64,000 nt of DNA from Nitrospinota bacterium (GCA_030754595.1 JASLZZ010000129.1:32001-96000); one strand, 5' to 3'; numbered from the stretch's first letter, positions 9,661-20,268 are shown. A program made the numbers and translations. The notes: a model not told the origin generated them from the letters alone.

Positions 9661-11316
9661 CTAGGCGCTCGGAATAACCGGGGCGAACAGGTAGGAGCCC
9701 TCTGCCCCCTCGAGGATCGTGTTGTCCGCCTTGACGGGAAACGCCTCGTGATAACCGGGGCGCTCGATGACGGAGCCGCTGCTTGCGATCTCGAGTCTCA
9801 GGCGGTGACCCGGCTGAAATACGTTGCAGGTGGGGACCAGTTCTATCTCGAAAACCGCCTCCTCGCCCGGCGTAAGCGGCACCGACCGTTTGTGCGGGTG
9901 CCACGGGCGGCCGGGTTTGGAGCGTGATTCGTCCACCTCGCGGTGAGAGGCGCGAAGCCACCCCCTCGTCAGCATCCGGGCCGATCCGTCCGGCGCCTCG
10001 TCCATGAAGGCGATGAACCAGTCCACATCCTCGGCCGTCGATCGCGCCACAAGGCGAGGCGAAAGGGGGCCCGTTATTTCGAGCGGTTTATCCACCGGTT
10101 CCGAGCGATAGACGAGCTTCGGGCCTCCGAGGCACCAATCCTCCCCGAAAACGTCGGGCGAGTAGGTTCGCTCCCCGCCGCCGCCCGCCGAGAAGGAAAG
10201 CGTACCCTCCTCTCCCCCGGAGGGGCCGCCCCCGGCCGGGCCGCCCGAAAAGATCCGCGTCCATTCCGTGCGCTTGAGGGGCCACTCCTCCTCGCCGCGC
10301 CAATGGCCGTCGCCCCGGAGGTAGAGCTGAATCGGCGGGCCGTCCATCACCCCGGTGTCCATCCCCTTGAGCCAGTGGTCGTACCATCGCAGCGTCTCCT
10401 CGTGATAGGCCCCGAACGGGCGGCGGGGCTCGGGCTGGGGCCCGACCAGGATGCGCTTGGGAACATCCCCCACCCCCTCCCATCCCGTGAAGATGCCAGC
10501 CAGATGAAGCTACCAGAACGACCAATCGCAACCGAAGTAGACGGGGATGTTGACCTTATCGAGGTGCGGGCTAGGCGAGCGCCTCCAGTAATGCTCTCCG
10601 TCATAAGGATGAGAAAACGAGAGCCCCTCGTCGAACATATTCCGCAGGCCCGACGGATCTCCGAGCCGCCCGCTGGTCAGATTCAGAGCGGCCACCGCCG
10701 AGAACCACGTAGAGGCGAATCCCATATGAGGAACGCCGCCATGAGTCGAGCGGTGCCGGTACATGTCGGTGTATGCATCGTAGGGAAAGATCGCTTTCAA
10801 GGCCTCGGGCTGGTGAACCGCCGCCAGGAGCTGGGCCAGCGCGAAATAAGAACAATCGATCATTCCCACCGACCCGTTGCACCAGGGCTGCGCCGCGCAC
10901 CACTCGATGAGGTCGACATAGTCGGCCTGTTCTTTTTTCGCCTTGTCGTCGTAGCTGCCCTCCGAGTCGTTCGAGCCACGGCAGTCCACGATGACATGCG
11001 CATATCCCCGGGCCACCCAAAACTCCGTGATGCCCGCCTCGTTCTGGCCGATTGGCACCTCGGTGAGCTGAAGCCCCCGGGTGTAGGGCGATACGGAAAT
11101 AAGCGCCGGAAACTTTTGCCCGGCGGCGCGGGGTCGGTGGACATCCGCGGCGAGACGCACATCGTCGCGCATGGAAATCATCAGATCGTATTCCGAGAAA
11201 ATGTTGTAGGCCGGCTCCGAGCGCTCCCTGACCTCGGGCGGCGAATCGAAGGGCCACTGGGGCCAGACGGCCGGATGCACATGGCGAACGCTGTTTGGAT
11301 CCCAGACCGGCTTCAT
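9661..11316 (-). pseudogene. CocE/NonD family hydrolase interrupted by an in-frame TAG
   Basis: ORFs 10510..11445 and 9661..10473 are in the same frame with one TAG at 10510-10512 (…CDWSFW*LHLAGIFTGW…); DCRGSNDSEG, WCNGSVGM and a PepX_C-like C-terminus; nucleophile motif reads DCSY instead of GxSY. Confidence 0.8.
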
Positions 11317-11471
11317 ATGACTGCCCACTAAGCCGCCCCCTCGATGAGGATAATCCGGAAGATGTGGTGACCCCGGCACTATACCAATACCGCCGGACCT
11401 TATCGAAGGGCCTGTATGACTGCGGCAGGTTTTCGGGCGTTCCATGAGTGGGATTTACGGGTCCCGCGGAT

Positions 11472-12672
11472 TCAGCTTTTCAGGGAGGCTTCGATTTCCC
11501 GCGCGAAGGCGATCAGCATTTCATCCGACCCCCTCGCGCCCAGAAGCGAAAGACCGACCGGCAGTCCATCCACCTCGGCCAGGGGCAGATTAATCTGGGG
11601 CGCGCCGAGCATTCCGGCGACGCAGGTCAGCGAGTTGTTCCGTGAGCGAAGAGCGGCGCGCGCCGAGAGGCTCTCGCCCACCGGGGGCGCCGGGGCCGCC
11701 GTCGTCGGCAGGCAGACGGCCGCGCTGCCCGAGAGCACCGGCTCCATGCGCTCGATAAAATCCGCCCGGACGGACCCGGCCGCCTCTATCTCGGCATCCG
11801 TGATCCTTGATGCGGCCGCATAACGCTCGGCCACGTCGAACTTCAGTCGCGGGTTGACGCGGTCGAGCCAGCCACGGGCCGACTCCCAGCTCTCCCGGTT
11901 CTGAAGACGCCATTGGTGCCCCTCAGCTCATCGAGGCTTGTCTCGCAAATCCGCTCGGCCGAAGAATCGCCAGTGAGAGAAGAGACCATCTCGACGGCCG
12001 GCTCGAGGGCGCCGGCAACCGCCCGCTCCGCCAACTCGAAGGCGTCCTCGGCGATGATGATGCGGCTTGGCCGCGCCTCCTGAATTTCGCTCCCGAGCAT
12101 CACCCCGCCGACCCGGGCGAAGGTCGCGGCGTCGCGCGCGAACCAGCCCACCGTGTCGAAGCTCGGCGCCTGAATCAGGATTCCGTCCAGCGGAATCCGC
12201 CCGTGGGTCGGCCGTAGGCCATAAAGACCGCAGAAGCTGGACGGAACGCGCACCGACCCGCCCGTGTCCGAGCCGAGCGCGAAATCCACAAGCCCGCCCG
12301 CCACCACCGAGGCCGAGCCGCTCGACGAGCCGCCGGAACCCGGCCCGGCGCGCGCGGGTTGACCGGCGTGTCGTAGTGGGCGATCTCACCGAAAATGCCG
12401 CGCGTGAGTTCGTCCGTGATCGTCTTGCCGGCCATCGTCGCCCCTGCTTCGACCAAGACACTGACCGCCCGGGCGGTTTTTTCCGCCGGCCCGTGAGTCG
12501 CCTTCCAGTCCGGATTCCCCCCGCCCGTCACGTGCCCCGCGACGACGAAAATATCCTTCGCCGTGAAGGTCAGGCCGGCGAGCGGCCCCTCCGCCGCCCC
12601 CTCGAGGTAAGCGTCGCTGTCCCTGCAGAATGCGCTCAACCGGTCATCGACAACCCGCCCGAAATTCGTCAC
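11472..12672 (-). pseudogene. Amidase signature family enzyme with two frameshifts
   Basis: KD, GGSSSGS and GSDTGGSVRVP motifs are spread over three frames; single-base deletions near 12335 and 11920. Confidence 0.82.
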
Positions 12673-13110
12673 GGATTTTTCACCTCCGGTGTCCTGTGTC
12701 CCACCTTTTTAACAGAACCATGCGCATCGGGCGTTCTCAAGGGGGGGGGCTGGGATGAACTCCGGAATTTTATCGGCGGGGAGGCATCCATCCGCGAGTT
12801 TGAGGGAGGCGTAGGGGGGTGCTAACTATCTATTCGAAGGTATCAGGTTCGAGTCGTGTCGGCGATTTCAGAATAAAAACACTTTGACGGCTATGACAAT
12901 TATTTCTCTATGCATTAGTAAGCCAAGAATAAGGCTCTAATGTAGGGATGCTATTTTGACTGTACGGAAGTGCCTTCACTGTTAGAGGTAGATTATAATT
13001 GACAAGAAAAGATGTTGGCCGAATGACCTGCCCCGCACAGACGGGGAGTAAATAACCTTCGCGCCTTAGATGGAAGATAATGTTCACCCGACTTAGACCA
13101 ACGGAGACGA

Positions 13111-14029
13111 TTACAAGCCCAACGCCTCTTCAAGTTTATTTATAAGGACTGAACGCCTCTTGTCATCCAGCGTGTTCAGATTCTGTTGCCGCCACCTGAC
13201 GGCCGGCAATTCGGCCACGTGTTCAAGACCGAGAAGTGGCCAGTCCGGCTCACCGCGTTCAAACGAAATCAGAAATTCCCGGTGGTCATCTGGCATGCTG
13301 CCAATCACGGTGTCAATTGTCGCTTCTCTTGCCGCCAGCAACGCGTCCAGTGTGACCGGCCGGTCTGTCATCCCGGCAAAGCCGCGCTCATATTCAAGGG
13401 AAATGTCTTTACGCCTCGGCGCAGCGACTTCATGCATCGGGCGGTCATGGCTGAGCAGGTAGACGATGAAGGCACGCCGGAGATTGTCATCAATGCCTTC
13501 ATTGGCTAACAGGCCACGCATATCAAAAAAATCGCGTGGATGCTGGCGGTTGAGGGCAGCCACGATTTTGCCGCCATAAAGGTCTGCGAAAGAAACCACC
13601 TGGATTTCGGCAAATCCGAACGTCTTTTCAACGGCAAGGGAAACGGTGCGCGTCTCCGGCTCGAAGGCGCAGCCGCGTAAGACAGGTGTCACCTCGATTG
13701 TGATCCGAACGCCGTTGCCACGCGCGAACAGTTTCGTCACTGCCCCTTCCTTGTTGGGGCTTGATGTGGTGAGGTCTTTTGCCGGAGATACAGACTGCGC
13801 CACTTCGGCTATCCGCTTCATCGTGGTGCCAATCGCCGCCAGCGACTCCTCACAGGATTTCACGGGCAGGTAGGTCAGGGTCAATGTCCACCGACAGGCG
13901 TGGCATGTTTCGGACAAACAGATTGATGGCCGTGCCGCCCTTCAAGGCAAAGCAGTCCTCATCTGCCACAAAGGGCAATAAACGGACCAGGAGCGTGACC
14001 TGTCTGCGGTATTGATCATTAAACGGCAC
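13111..14029 (-). pseudogene. abiEii: AbiEii-family nucleotidyltransferase toxin (type IV TA) with a +1 frameshift
   Basis: GTG at 14029 after GGAGG gives …FALKGGTAINLFVRNMPRLSVDID; an extra C at 13878-13880 shifts the frame before LTYLPV…; KIVAALNRQHPRDFFD downstream; span is 919 nt (3n+1). Confidence 0.85.
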
Positions 14030-14864
14030 CCAGATCCTCCGGCACGGTTATCCGGTGGACCGGATCAAACTTCCCGCCACGCACCAGCATGCGATCGCCT
14101 TTGCCGAGATCGACGGCATTCCGGTCGATCCTTTTGAGCCAGGCGGGTGAATGGCGATCAGCAAAGAAAAAAAACAACCGCTTTACCTTGACGCTGTGGC
14201 AATCGCTGAGAAGCTTTTGTAGTCGATTGGGGCTGAGACTGGCCAGTCCTTCAACCAGCTTGTCAACCACCTGGAAACTTTCTCGGTTTGGCAGATCATC
14301 GAGAAGCTCGAACAGTGCGCGCTCCGACGTCGAGACTGTCAGCGGCCAGTCCCATTGGCCCCAGGGCAATACATTCAGGCCGCCATGTATGAGATCGGTG
14401 CTCACGCTTTCATCGGTCATGACGTTCCAGTTCAAGCTGGCGAGGCCGCGCGTTACCGGGTCGTTGCGGAACAGCCGCGTGCTCTTGTGGAAGATAAAGC
14501 GTTGATTGAAAGGCAGTTTTCCCATCCAGGCGGGCAGAGGTTTTTGCCCATAAAGATGGACTTCCCGTTGTTCCTGCAAAAGAAAATGCGCATAGCCCTG
14601 AAGCTCCAGAGCCGTCCGGCCGCCGACAACGACGGGAAATTCGAGCATTGTCTGAAGGGAGATCACTACCTGTTCCCAGCGCAAATTACCCCGGCACCGT
14701 CGGAACACGCTGCGGGCAGGCTGTTCCAGCCAGCCCGCAGCGAGATACTGGGAGCGCAACGAAGTCGAATAGCCGTGTTTAGTCAGCCAGGCGGCCGTGA
14801 CTATCAGTCCCTCGGGGATTTGCTGGTCTAACCACTTTAATTTTGATGTATTTTGCTTAGTCAT
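14019..14864 (-). CDS. abiEi: AbiEi-family antitoxin (type IV TA)
   Basis: VGGRTALELQGYAH, STSERALFELL, LSPNRLQKLL..CHSVKVKRLF, RITVP; overlaps the toxin start. Confidence 0.88.
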   Translation of the reverse strand: MTKQNTSKLKWLDQQIPEGLIVTAAWLTKHGYSTSLRSQYLAAGWLEQPARSVFRRCRGNLRWEQVVISLQTMLEFPVVVGGRTALELQGYAHFLLQEQREVHLYGQKPLPAWMGKLPFNQRFIFHKSTRLFRNDPVTRGLASLNWNVMTDESVSTDLIHGGLNVLPWGQWDWPLTVSTSERALFELLDDLPNRESFQVVDKLVEGLASLSPNRLQKLLSDCHSVKVKRLFFFFADRHSPAWLKRIDRNAVDLGKGDRMLVRGGKFDPVHRITVPEDLGAV

Positions 14865-15080
14865 ACTATAGAAAATAGCATATTTTCAAAGAACAGCCGG
14901 GGATTACTTTGAATTAAAATAAATTTACTTAGCCAAACTATGTAAATTCGTTTACTTTTAAAGTTAGTTATTTTGACATGCTATCCTAAGAAAGATGCGC
15001 AGATCGGACGGAATGATGCCTTTAAAATATTCCAGCGCGAACTATAAGTTCCCTCAAAATCATTGATTGTTTCCAAAACC

Positions 15081-15242
15081 CTAAACTTTTCGGATGTCCC
15101 TCAGCTTCGCCTCGAATTCCGGTTTGTCGATTTCGCCTTTGGCATAGCGCTTTTTCAGGATGTCCGCGGCAGTATCTCCGCCGCTAGAGGGTGAGATGGA
15201 ACCGCCCGAGCCGCCCAGAGCCAGCGGACGAGGACGACGCAC
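15081..15242 (-). pseudogene. SHOCT-domain protein remnant (53 codons, not in ORF track)
   Basis: Translates to …DTAADILKKRYAKGEIDKPEFEAKLRDIRKV*; the end of a TM segment (VVLVRWLW) lies just upstream in another frame. Confidence 0.6.
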
Positions 15243-15292
15243 CTCCCTCGCCCGGCAGGAGTTGCCCTTTGGCTGAAGCTGGCTCTGCCGTC

Positions 15293-15688
15293 TCAGGGAA
15301 GCGGCACAATCGCCTCGATCTCGACGAGGAACTCGGGGGCGGCGAGGGCCGAGATGATGAGCAGGGTGTTGGCGGGCGGGTCGCCCTTGAAGAATTCGCG
15401 GCGGACGGCGCCGACGGCGGGGCGGTCGTCTACGTTGGTGATGTAGACGGTGGTCTTGGCGATGTCCTCCATGCGCCCGCCGGCGCCCTCGACGACGGCC
15501 TTCAGGTTTTCGAGGACCTGGCGGGTCTGGCCCGCGGCGTCGCCGACGCAGACGATGGTGCCCTCCTTGTCGCGGGCGGTCTGGCCGGCGACGTAGAGGG
15601 TGCGCCCGGTTTCGACGATGACGCCGTGGGAGTAGGTGTTGCCGGCGGGCTCGAATACGCTGGGGGGCTGATAGGTTGTGCGTTTCAT
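15293..15688 (-). CDS. RidA/YjgF/UK114 family protein
   Basis: YSHG, LYVAGQ, QTRQVLENL, PPANT, LVEIEAI. Confidence 0.9.
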   Translation of the reverse strand: MKRTTYQPPSVFEPAGNTYSHGVIVETGRTLYVAGQTARDKEGTIVCVGDAAGQTRQVLENLKAVVEGAGGRMEDIAKTTVYITNVDDRPAVGAVRREFFKGDPPANTLLIISALAAPEFLVEIEAIVPLP

Positions 15689-15708
15689 GGCGTTTTCTCC
15701 TTCCCCTA

Positions 15709-15731
15709 GCAGGGGGGCATGGCCCCCCTGC
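15709..15731. repeat. GC-rich hairpin upstream of the RidA gene
   Basis: GCAGGGGGG-CATGG-CCCCCCTGC perfect inverted repeat. Confidence 0.55.
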
Positions 15732-15810
15732 GGGGGGATTTTGGGTGGGAGCGCCTAGCGGTGCTCACCTTTCGCTGCCCACGATATGATAAAGCCACCT
15801 TTGAGTAGAT

Positions 15811-16105
15811 TTCGCAGGTCGATGCCGTTCGCAGGGCCTATGCCCTTCCGCAGGACCAGCTAACGCTGCCCAAAGTAGTTGAATATCTTTTCTACGCTGT
15901 CTGCCAGGGCTACGCCATCTCCGGTGGGGTGTGTGCCGCCCGCCGGGCTTTTGGCACGCCGTCCGCAGAACTATGCCGTCCGCTGGTGGGAAGCACGCTC
16001 CCCCGTCTGCGCAGGACCAGTTGGCGCTGTGCCCGATAGCGCTGTGAACATTATTCACTAGCCAATCTGGCGAGTTCCCACATTTCACAAGTCTACGCCG
16101 TCCGC
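15811..16105. repeat. Degenerate short repeat cluster (core GCCGTCCGC)
   Basis: Exact copies at 15958, 15975 and 16097; variants near 15824, 15842, 15896 and 15935. Confidence 0.5.
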
Positions 16106-16479
16106 TAAAACACTTTGCCGGTGGCGTCGGCGGCCGGGCTTTTCATGATGATGGCGGTCATGGGGGCGCCGAGGGCGGCGGTCTTGTGCTCGAGGCCCGA
16201 GGGGATGTAGGCGAGGGCGCCGGGGAACAGCTCCTGGCGCTCGCCATGGGTCTCGGTGTAGCCCCGGCCCTCGAGGACCCAGATGACCTCTTCCTGGCCC
16301 GGATGGCTGTGGGGTTCGTGGGGGGTGTCGGGATCGTACTCGGTCACCCCGACGCGGATGTGCTCGGCGAGAGCGAGTCCGGGGCCGGTGGCGGTGGGCC
16401 CGACGAGAATCTTGGAGCGGCCCCAGGCGACCGGGGCGAAGGGAACTTTGTCAATCGTAACCATTTTTTTATCAGTCAT
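16105..16479 (-). CDS. Cupin_2 domain protein
   Basis: PHSHPGQEEVIWVLEG…GALAYIPSGLEH. Confidence 0.85.
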   Translation of the reverse strand: MTDKKMVTIDKVPFAPVAWGRSKILVGPTATGPGLALAEHIRVGVTEYDPDTPHEPHSHPGQEEVIWVLEGRGYTETHGERQELFPGALAYIPSGLEHKTAALGAPMTAIIMKSPAADATGKVF

Positions 16480-16561
16480 TTGAACTCCGTTTTCAAGAAA
16501 ATATATGAGCGATGAACCCGGGATATCACCGGATAGGACGCAGGGGCACTCCAGGCCCCGG

Positions 16562-17611
16562 CTAGGCCAGCCGCCGGCGGATGGCCTCCCCGCACTGGCG
16601 GGTGGAGATGCTGCCGCCGATGTCGGCGGTGCGCTCGCCGGCCTCGATGGCCCCCTCGACCGCCCCGCGGATCGAGGCGGCGCCCGCCGCGCAGCCCAGG
16701 TGGTCCAGGAGCAGGGCCGCCGTCAGCGTCGCGGCCACAGGGTTTGAGATGCCCTGCCCAAAGATGTCCGGGGCGCTGCCGTGGACGGGCTCGAACATCG
16801 AGACCCCCCCCATGTTGAGGTTGGCGGAGGGGGCGAGCCCCACCCCTCCCACCAGGGCCGAGGTGATGTCGCTCAAAATATCGCCAAACATGTTCTCCGT
16901 CACAACGATGTCGAAATCCGCCGGATGGCGGATCAGTTCCATCGCCACGGCGTCCACATGCATGGCGTTGGTCTCGATTGTGGGAAAATCGGCCTTCACC
17001 TCCTCCCAGGCCCGCCGCCAGACGGGGCCCGCGAATTTAAGCCCTCCCGCCTTATCGGCCACCGTGACCTTCCGCCTCCCGTGGCGCTCGGCGAATTCGA
17101 AAGCGGCGCGAATCACCCGCTCGACCCCCTTATAGGTGTGAACCTCCTCCTGGAGAGCCACCTCGTCCGGGGTGCCCCGCTTGAATATTCCCCCCACATT
17201 GGCGTAGAGGCCCTCCGTGTTCTCCCGGAAAATCACATGGTCGATTTCGCCCCTTCCCCTGCCTTTGAGCGGCGTGAGGTCTTCGTGGTAGAGGCGGCAG
17301 GGGCGAACGTTGGCGTAGGCATCGAGGCCGTTTCGCATATTCATGATGACCTGCTCCTGGACGATTGAGCCAGGGATTCGCGGATCCCCGATGGCGCCTT
17401 GAAACAAGGCGTCGAAACCCTCGCAGATGGTTTCGGGGGCGTCCTCGGGCATCCCCCGCCCCTCTCGCAGGTAGCGCTCGCTCCCCCAGTCGAAGTGCGT
17501 GAATTCGATGGGAAATGAGGCGGCCGCCGCCGCTGCGAGAAGCGTCTCCTCCGCCTCGGGCATCACTTCGTTCGCAATTCCGTCCCCGCGCACCACCGCT
17601 ATTTTGACCAT
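16562..17611 (-). CDS. Isocitrate/isopropylmalate/tartrate dehydrogenase family enzyme
   Basis: GDGIANEV, NVRP, RENTEGLY, VDA, NMFGDILSD, FEPVHGSAPDI. Confidence 0.9.
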   Translation of the reverse strand: MVKIAVVRGDGIANEVMPEAEETLLAAAAAASFPIEFTHFDWGSERYLREGRGMPEDAPETICEGFDALFQGAIGDPRIPGSIVQEQVIMNMRNGLDAYANVRPCRLYHEDLTPLKGRGRGEIDHVIFRENTEGLYANVGGIFKRGTPDEVALQEEVHTYKGVERVIRAAFEFAERHGRRKVTVADKAGGLKFAGPVWRRAWEEVKADFPTIETNAMHVDAVAMELIRHPADFDIVVTENMFGDILSDITSALVGGVGLAPSANLNMGGVSMFEPVHGSAPDIFGQGISNPVAATLTAALLLDHLGCAAGAASIRGAVEGAIEAGERTADIGGSISTRQCGEAIRRRLA

Positions 17612-17777
17612 GAATTGATTCCCGATTGGATGAAAGACGATTGAACCAGTAGGACCGCATTCTGGCAGAGGTCAACACTCCCCATCAAGGCCCCAGTGGC
17701 TTCCGTAAGAGCCCGCGGGAAGCTATCATGCGGCATTCAAGTCTCTACCGCGAATAATTCAGGCAAGGAGAACTTAC

Positions 17778-18875
17778 ATGGTCGAGTCCACCCCTCTGCC
17801 CGAGGGCACAGTCCGATTTCCGCACGAGATGATCCACCAATTCACCAATGCGGTTTTCCGTTCGAAGGAAATTCCCGACGAAGACGCCAAATTGGTCGCC
17901 GATGTGCTCACTAGCGCCGACCTGCGGGGAGTCAGGAGCCACGGCGCGGGGAGAATTCCATTTTTCATGGTGCGACTCGAAAATTGCGTGATTAACAAAA
18001 ACCCGAATATGGTTTTCACGCCGGGCAGCGACACGACAGGCGTCCTCGACGCAGACGGCGGACTCGGCATTGTTGCCTCAAACCGCGCAATGGACGAGGC
18101 CATGGCGCGGGCCGACAAACACGGCTGCGGATTTGTATCAGTGATGAACAGCAGCCACTTCGGCTACTGCGGTTACTGGTCGATGAAGGCCATGAAAGAG
18201 GGATATATCGGAATCAGCATGACAAACGGTGGGCGCCGGGGGACGGCCACCTACGGGATTGACCCGCTTTTCGGGACAAATCCATTCAGTATCGGTATCC
18301 CCGGCGGGCCGGGAGGCCATGACTTTCATCTTGACATGGCCACCTCGATCGTTGCCGTCGGAAAAATCGAGACCGCCCTTAGGGAGGGCCGCGAGGTCCC
18401 CAAGGACTGGATCCCCAGCAGCTACGGCCCCCCGAAACTGAACGAGCGAAGCATCCTTACGCACGACGTTCCCGTCCTCCCGCTGGGTGGTGAGGGCATG
18501 GAAGGCGGAGGCCATAAAGGCTATGGACTTTCGCTAATGGTGGAACTCCTCTGCAGCATCCTGTCGGGAGGGAATTTGAAGGATCGCATCGCGGGCGCGG
18601 CTGGGGAGGCACGGCCCGGTACCGGTCATTTCTTCGGCGCCATCAAGGTCGAGGGATTCCGTGATGCGGCGAGCGTTTTTGGTCAGATGGCTGAGACATT
18701 TGACATTATTCGAAATTCTCGAAAAGAGCCGGGCCAGGACCACATTTATATTCACGGAGAGCCCGAGGCCATCGCCGAGGAGGAAAACAGACGTATCGGA
18801 ATCCCAATCACTCCGGCCGTGCTAGAGCAAATCCATTTACTCAACGATCAGTTGCAACTCGGTTTCGAATTATAA
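17778..18875 (+). CDS. Ldh_2 family dehydrogenase (malate/L-lactate/sulfolactate/ureidoglycolate type)
   Basis: ADLRGVRSHG, NSSHFG, GTNP, DMATS, GHKGYGL. Confidence 0.9.
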   Translation: MVESTPLPEGTVRFPHEMIHQFTNAVFRSKEIPDEDAKLVADVLTSADLRGVRSHGAGRIPFFMVRLENCVINKNPNMVFTPGSDTTGVLDADGGLGIVASNRAMDEAMARADKHGCGFVSVMNSSHFGYCGYWSMKAMKEGYIGISMTNGGRRGTATYGIDPLFGTNPFSIGIPGGPGGHDFHLDMATSIVAVGKIETALREGREVPKDWIPSSYGPPKLNERSILTHDVPVLPLGGEGMEGGGHKGYGLSLMVELLCSILSGGNLKDRIAGAAGEARPGTGHFFGAIKVEGFRDAASVFGQMAETFDIIRNSRKEPGQDHIYIHGEPEAIAEEENRRIGIPITPAVLEQIHLLNDQLQLGFEL

Positions 18876-18898
18876 GCGACCAGCCGAAATCCACGACT

Positions 18899-19519
18899 TT
18901 ACGATGATGTGGGTATTGAAGCCTTGAGAACACCCTCCAGATACCGAATCATTCCGGGGCCGTCCCACTTGCGGGGCCCGATAAACTTGCGGATCAATAT
19001 ACCCTTAGGATCGATAACAAAGGTTTCGGGAACTCCGGTCGTCCGGTAAAGTTTTTTCACGCTTCCCCTCGAGTCGAGCAGGATCGGAAACGTAATTTCA
19101 AACCGATCCACCCACTTCCGGACAGGATCCGCTCCCAAGGCGTCGATGCTCACCCCAAGAATCTCAAACGGAGCGCCCTTGGTCTTCATCTTTTTGTAAA
19201 GGTTTTCCAGGTCGGGCATCTCGTCGATGCAGGGTGGGCACCATGTGGCCCATACGTTAACGAGCACGACCTTCTCTCTGTAGTCAGTGAGGCTGTCTGT
19301 CCCTCCTCCCAACAAGGGGAACGTAAAAAACGGGGCTGGCTTCCCCAGCACCGGAGCGGGAAACCTCGTATCGAGCCTCACGGGTTCGGTAGTCACCCCC
19401 ACCCAGAAAGCCCAGATTACCGTAACAACAACAGGCGTCAAGATAATGGCCAGTGCCCTTTTTCGAGCACTTGCCAAATGCTTTTCGACCTTTGGCTCTG
19501 ATGTTTGAACTGAATTCAT
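18899..19519 (-). CDS. TlpA/ResA/CcmG-like thiol-disulfide oxidoreductase
   Basis: N-terminal TM, NVWATWCPPCIDEMP, GVPETF. Confidence 0.9.
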   Translation of the reverse strand: MNSVQTSEPKVEKHLASARKRALAIILTPVVVTVIWAFWVGVTTEPVRLDTRFPAPVLGKPAPFFTFPLLGGGTDSLTDYREKVVLVNVWATWCPPCIDEMPDLENLYKKMKTKGAPFEILGVSIDALGADPVRKWVDRFEITFPILLDSRGSVKKLYRTTGVPETFVIDPKGILIRKFIGPRKWDGPGMIRYLEGVLKASIPTSS

Positions 19520-19537
19520 GACCGTCCCGCTGGTTGC

Positions 19538-20218
19538 CTAACCCTTTTCCTTGAGAAGATGAGCGATGAGGTCGAAAGCAGCCTCACTGTCCCACTCACG
19601 GGCTCCCATTCCATATGCCACTACACGCCCCGCCCGGTCGATAAGATATGTCGTCGGCAACGCACGGACCCGGTAAGCCTGCTTTACCCTGTTTTCGGGG
19701 TCCAAAAGAACCTGAAAATTTAGCTTCAGGCTTTCGGTGAATTTCCGGACCGCGTCGGAGTTTCCCAGGTCCACCGAGATGGCAATGATCTGAAAACCTC
19801 TGTCCTTGAATTTATCATAAGCACGCTGCATGGCCGGCATCTCGCGGATGCAGGGAGGACACCAGGTGGCCCAGAAATTCATAAGGATAATATTGCCTTT
19901 ATCTTGGCTCAACGACCGATTCTGCCCGTCAAGTGTCTTAAGAAAAAAATTCGCCGCTTCGGTCCGGCCGGCAAGGGGGAGAAAACTCATCTTCCTGAAT
20001 AAATCTATTTCACTAGTGCTTGTTTGAGGAGAAGGACCCCACACCGCATGCGAGAAAACATCTTCAAAAGGGCTTACCGCCAAAACCGTTCCCGTCACCA
20101 GGAAAAGAAGAAGCGCCGACAGAACAATCAATCGGTGCCCCCGAGGGCGCCTATCGCGTGGAGACAGACCCTCGACCCTTGAAGCCAAAACCACTTTGGG
20201 ATCAAAACGCATCGACAT
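19538..20218 (-). CDS. TlpA/ResA/CcmG-like thiol-disulfide oxidoreductase
   Basis: NFWATWCPPCIREMP, LPTTYLID. Confidence 0.9.
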   Translation of the reverse strand: MSMRFDPKVVLASRVEGLSPRDRRPRGHRLIVLSALLLFLVTGTVLAVSPFEDVFSHAVWGPSPQTSTSEIDLFRKMSFLPLAGRTEAANFFLKTLDGQNRSLSQDKGNIILMNFWATWCPPCIREMPAMQRAYDKFKDRGFQIIAISVDLGNSDAVRKFTESLKLNFQVLLDPENRVKQAYRVRALPTTYLIDRAGRVVAYGMGAREWDSEAAFDLIAHLLKEKG

Positions 20219-20268
20219 GTCTCATAAAAAAAAGATGCCGCTCCCAGCCAAAGGGCGCGGTCGAGGCC

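Noticed and set aside
10510..10512. Pyrrolysine or genetic-code reassignment of TAG
   Set aside because: TAG terminates many intact genes here, no pyl genes are visible, and the gene shows other damage.
12843..12860. TCAGGTTCGAGTCGTGT, resembling a tRNA T-arm or att remnant at the island edge
   Set aside because: The stem has a mismatch, there is no cloverleaf or CCA end, and I found no second copy at the other island boundary. tRNAscan and an empty-site comparison would be needed.
15811..16105. Possible CRISPR array
   Set aside because: Repeats are short, degenerate and irregularly spaced, with no unique 30-40 bp spacers and no cas genes.
16562..17611. Naming this gene leuB
   Set aside because: The family is clear, but there is no leuCD context and it sits with cupin and RidA genes. 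Tartrate, D-malate or another substrate is equally possible.
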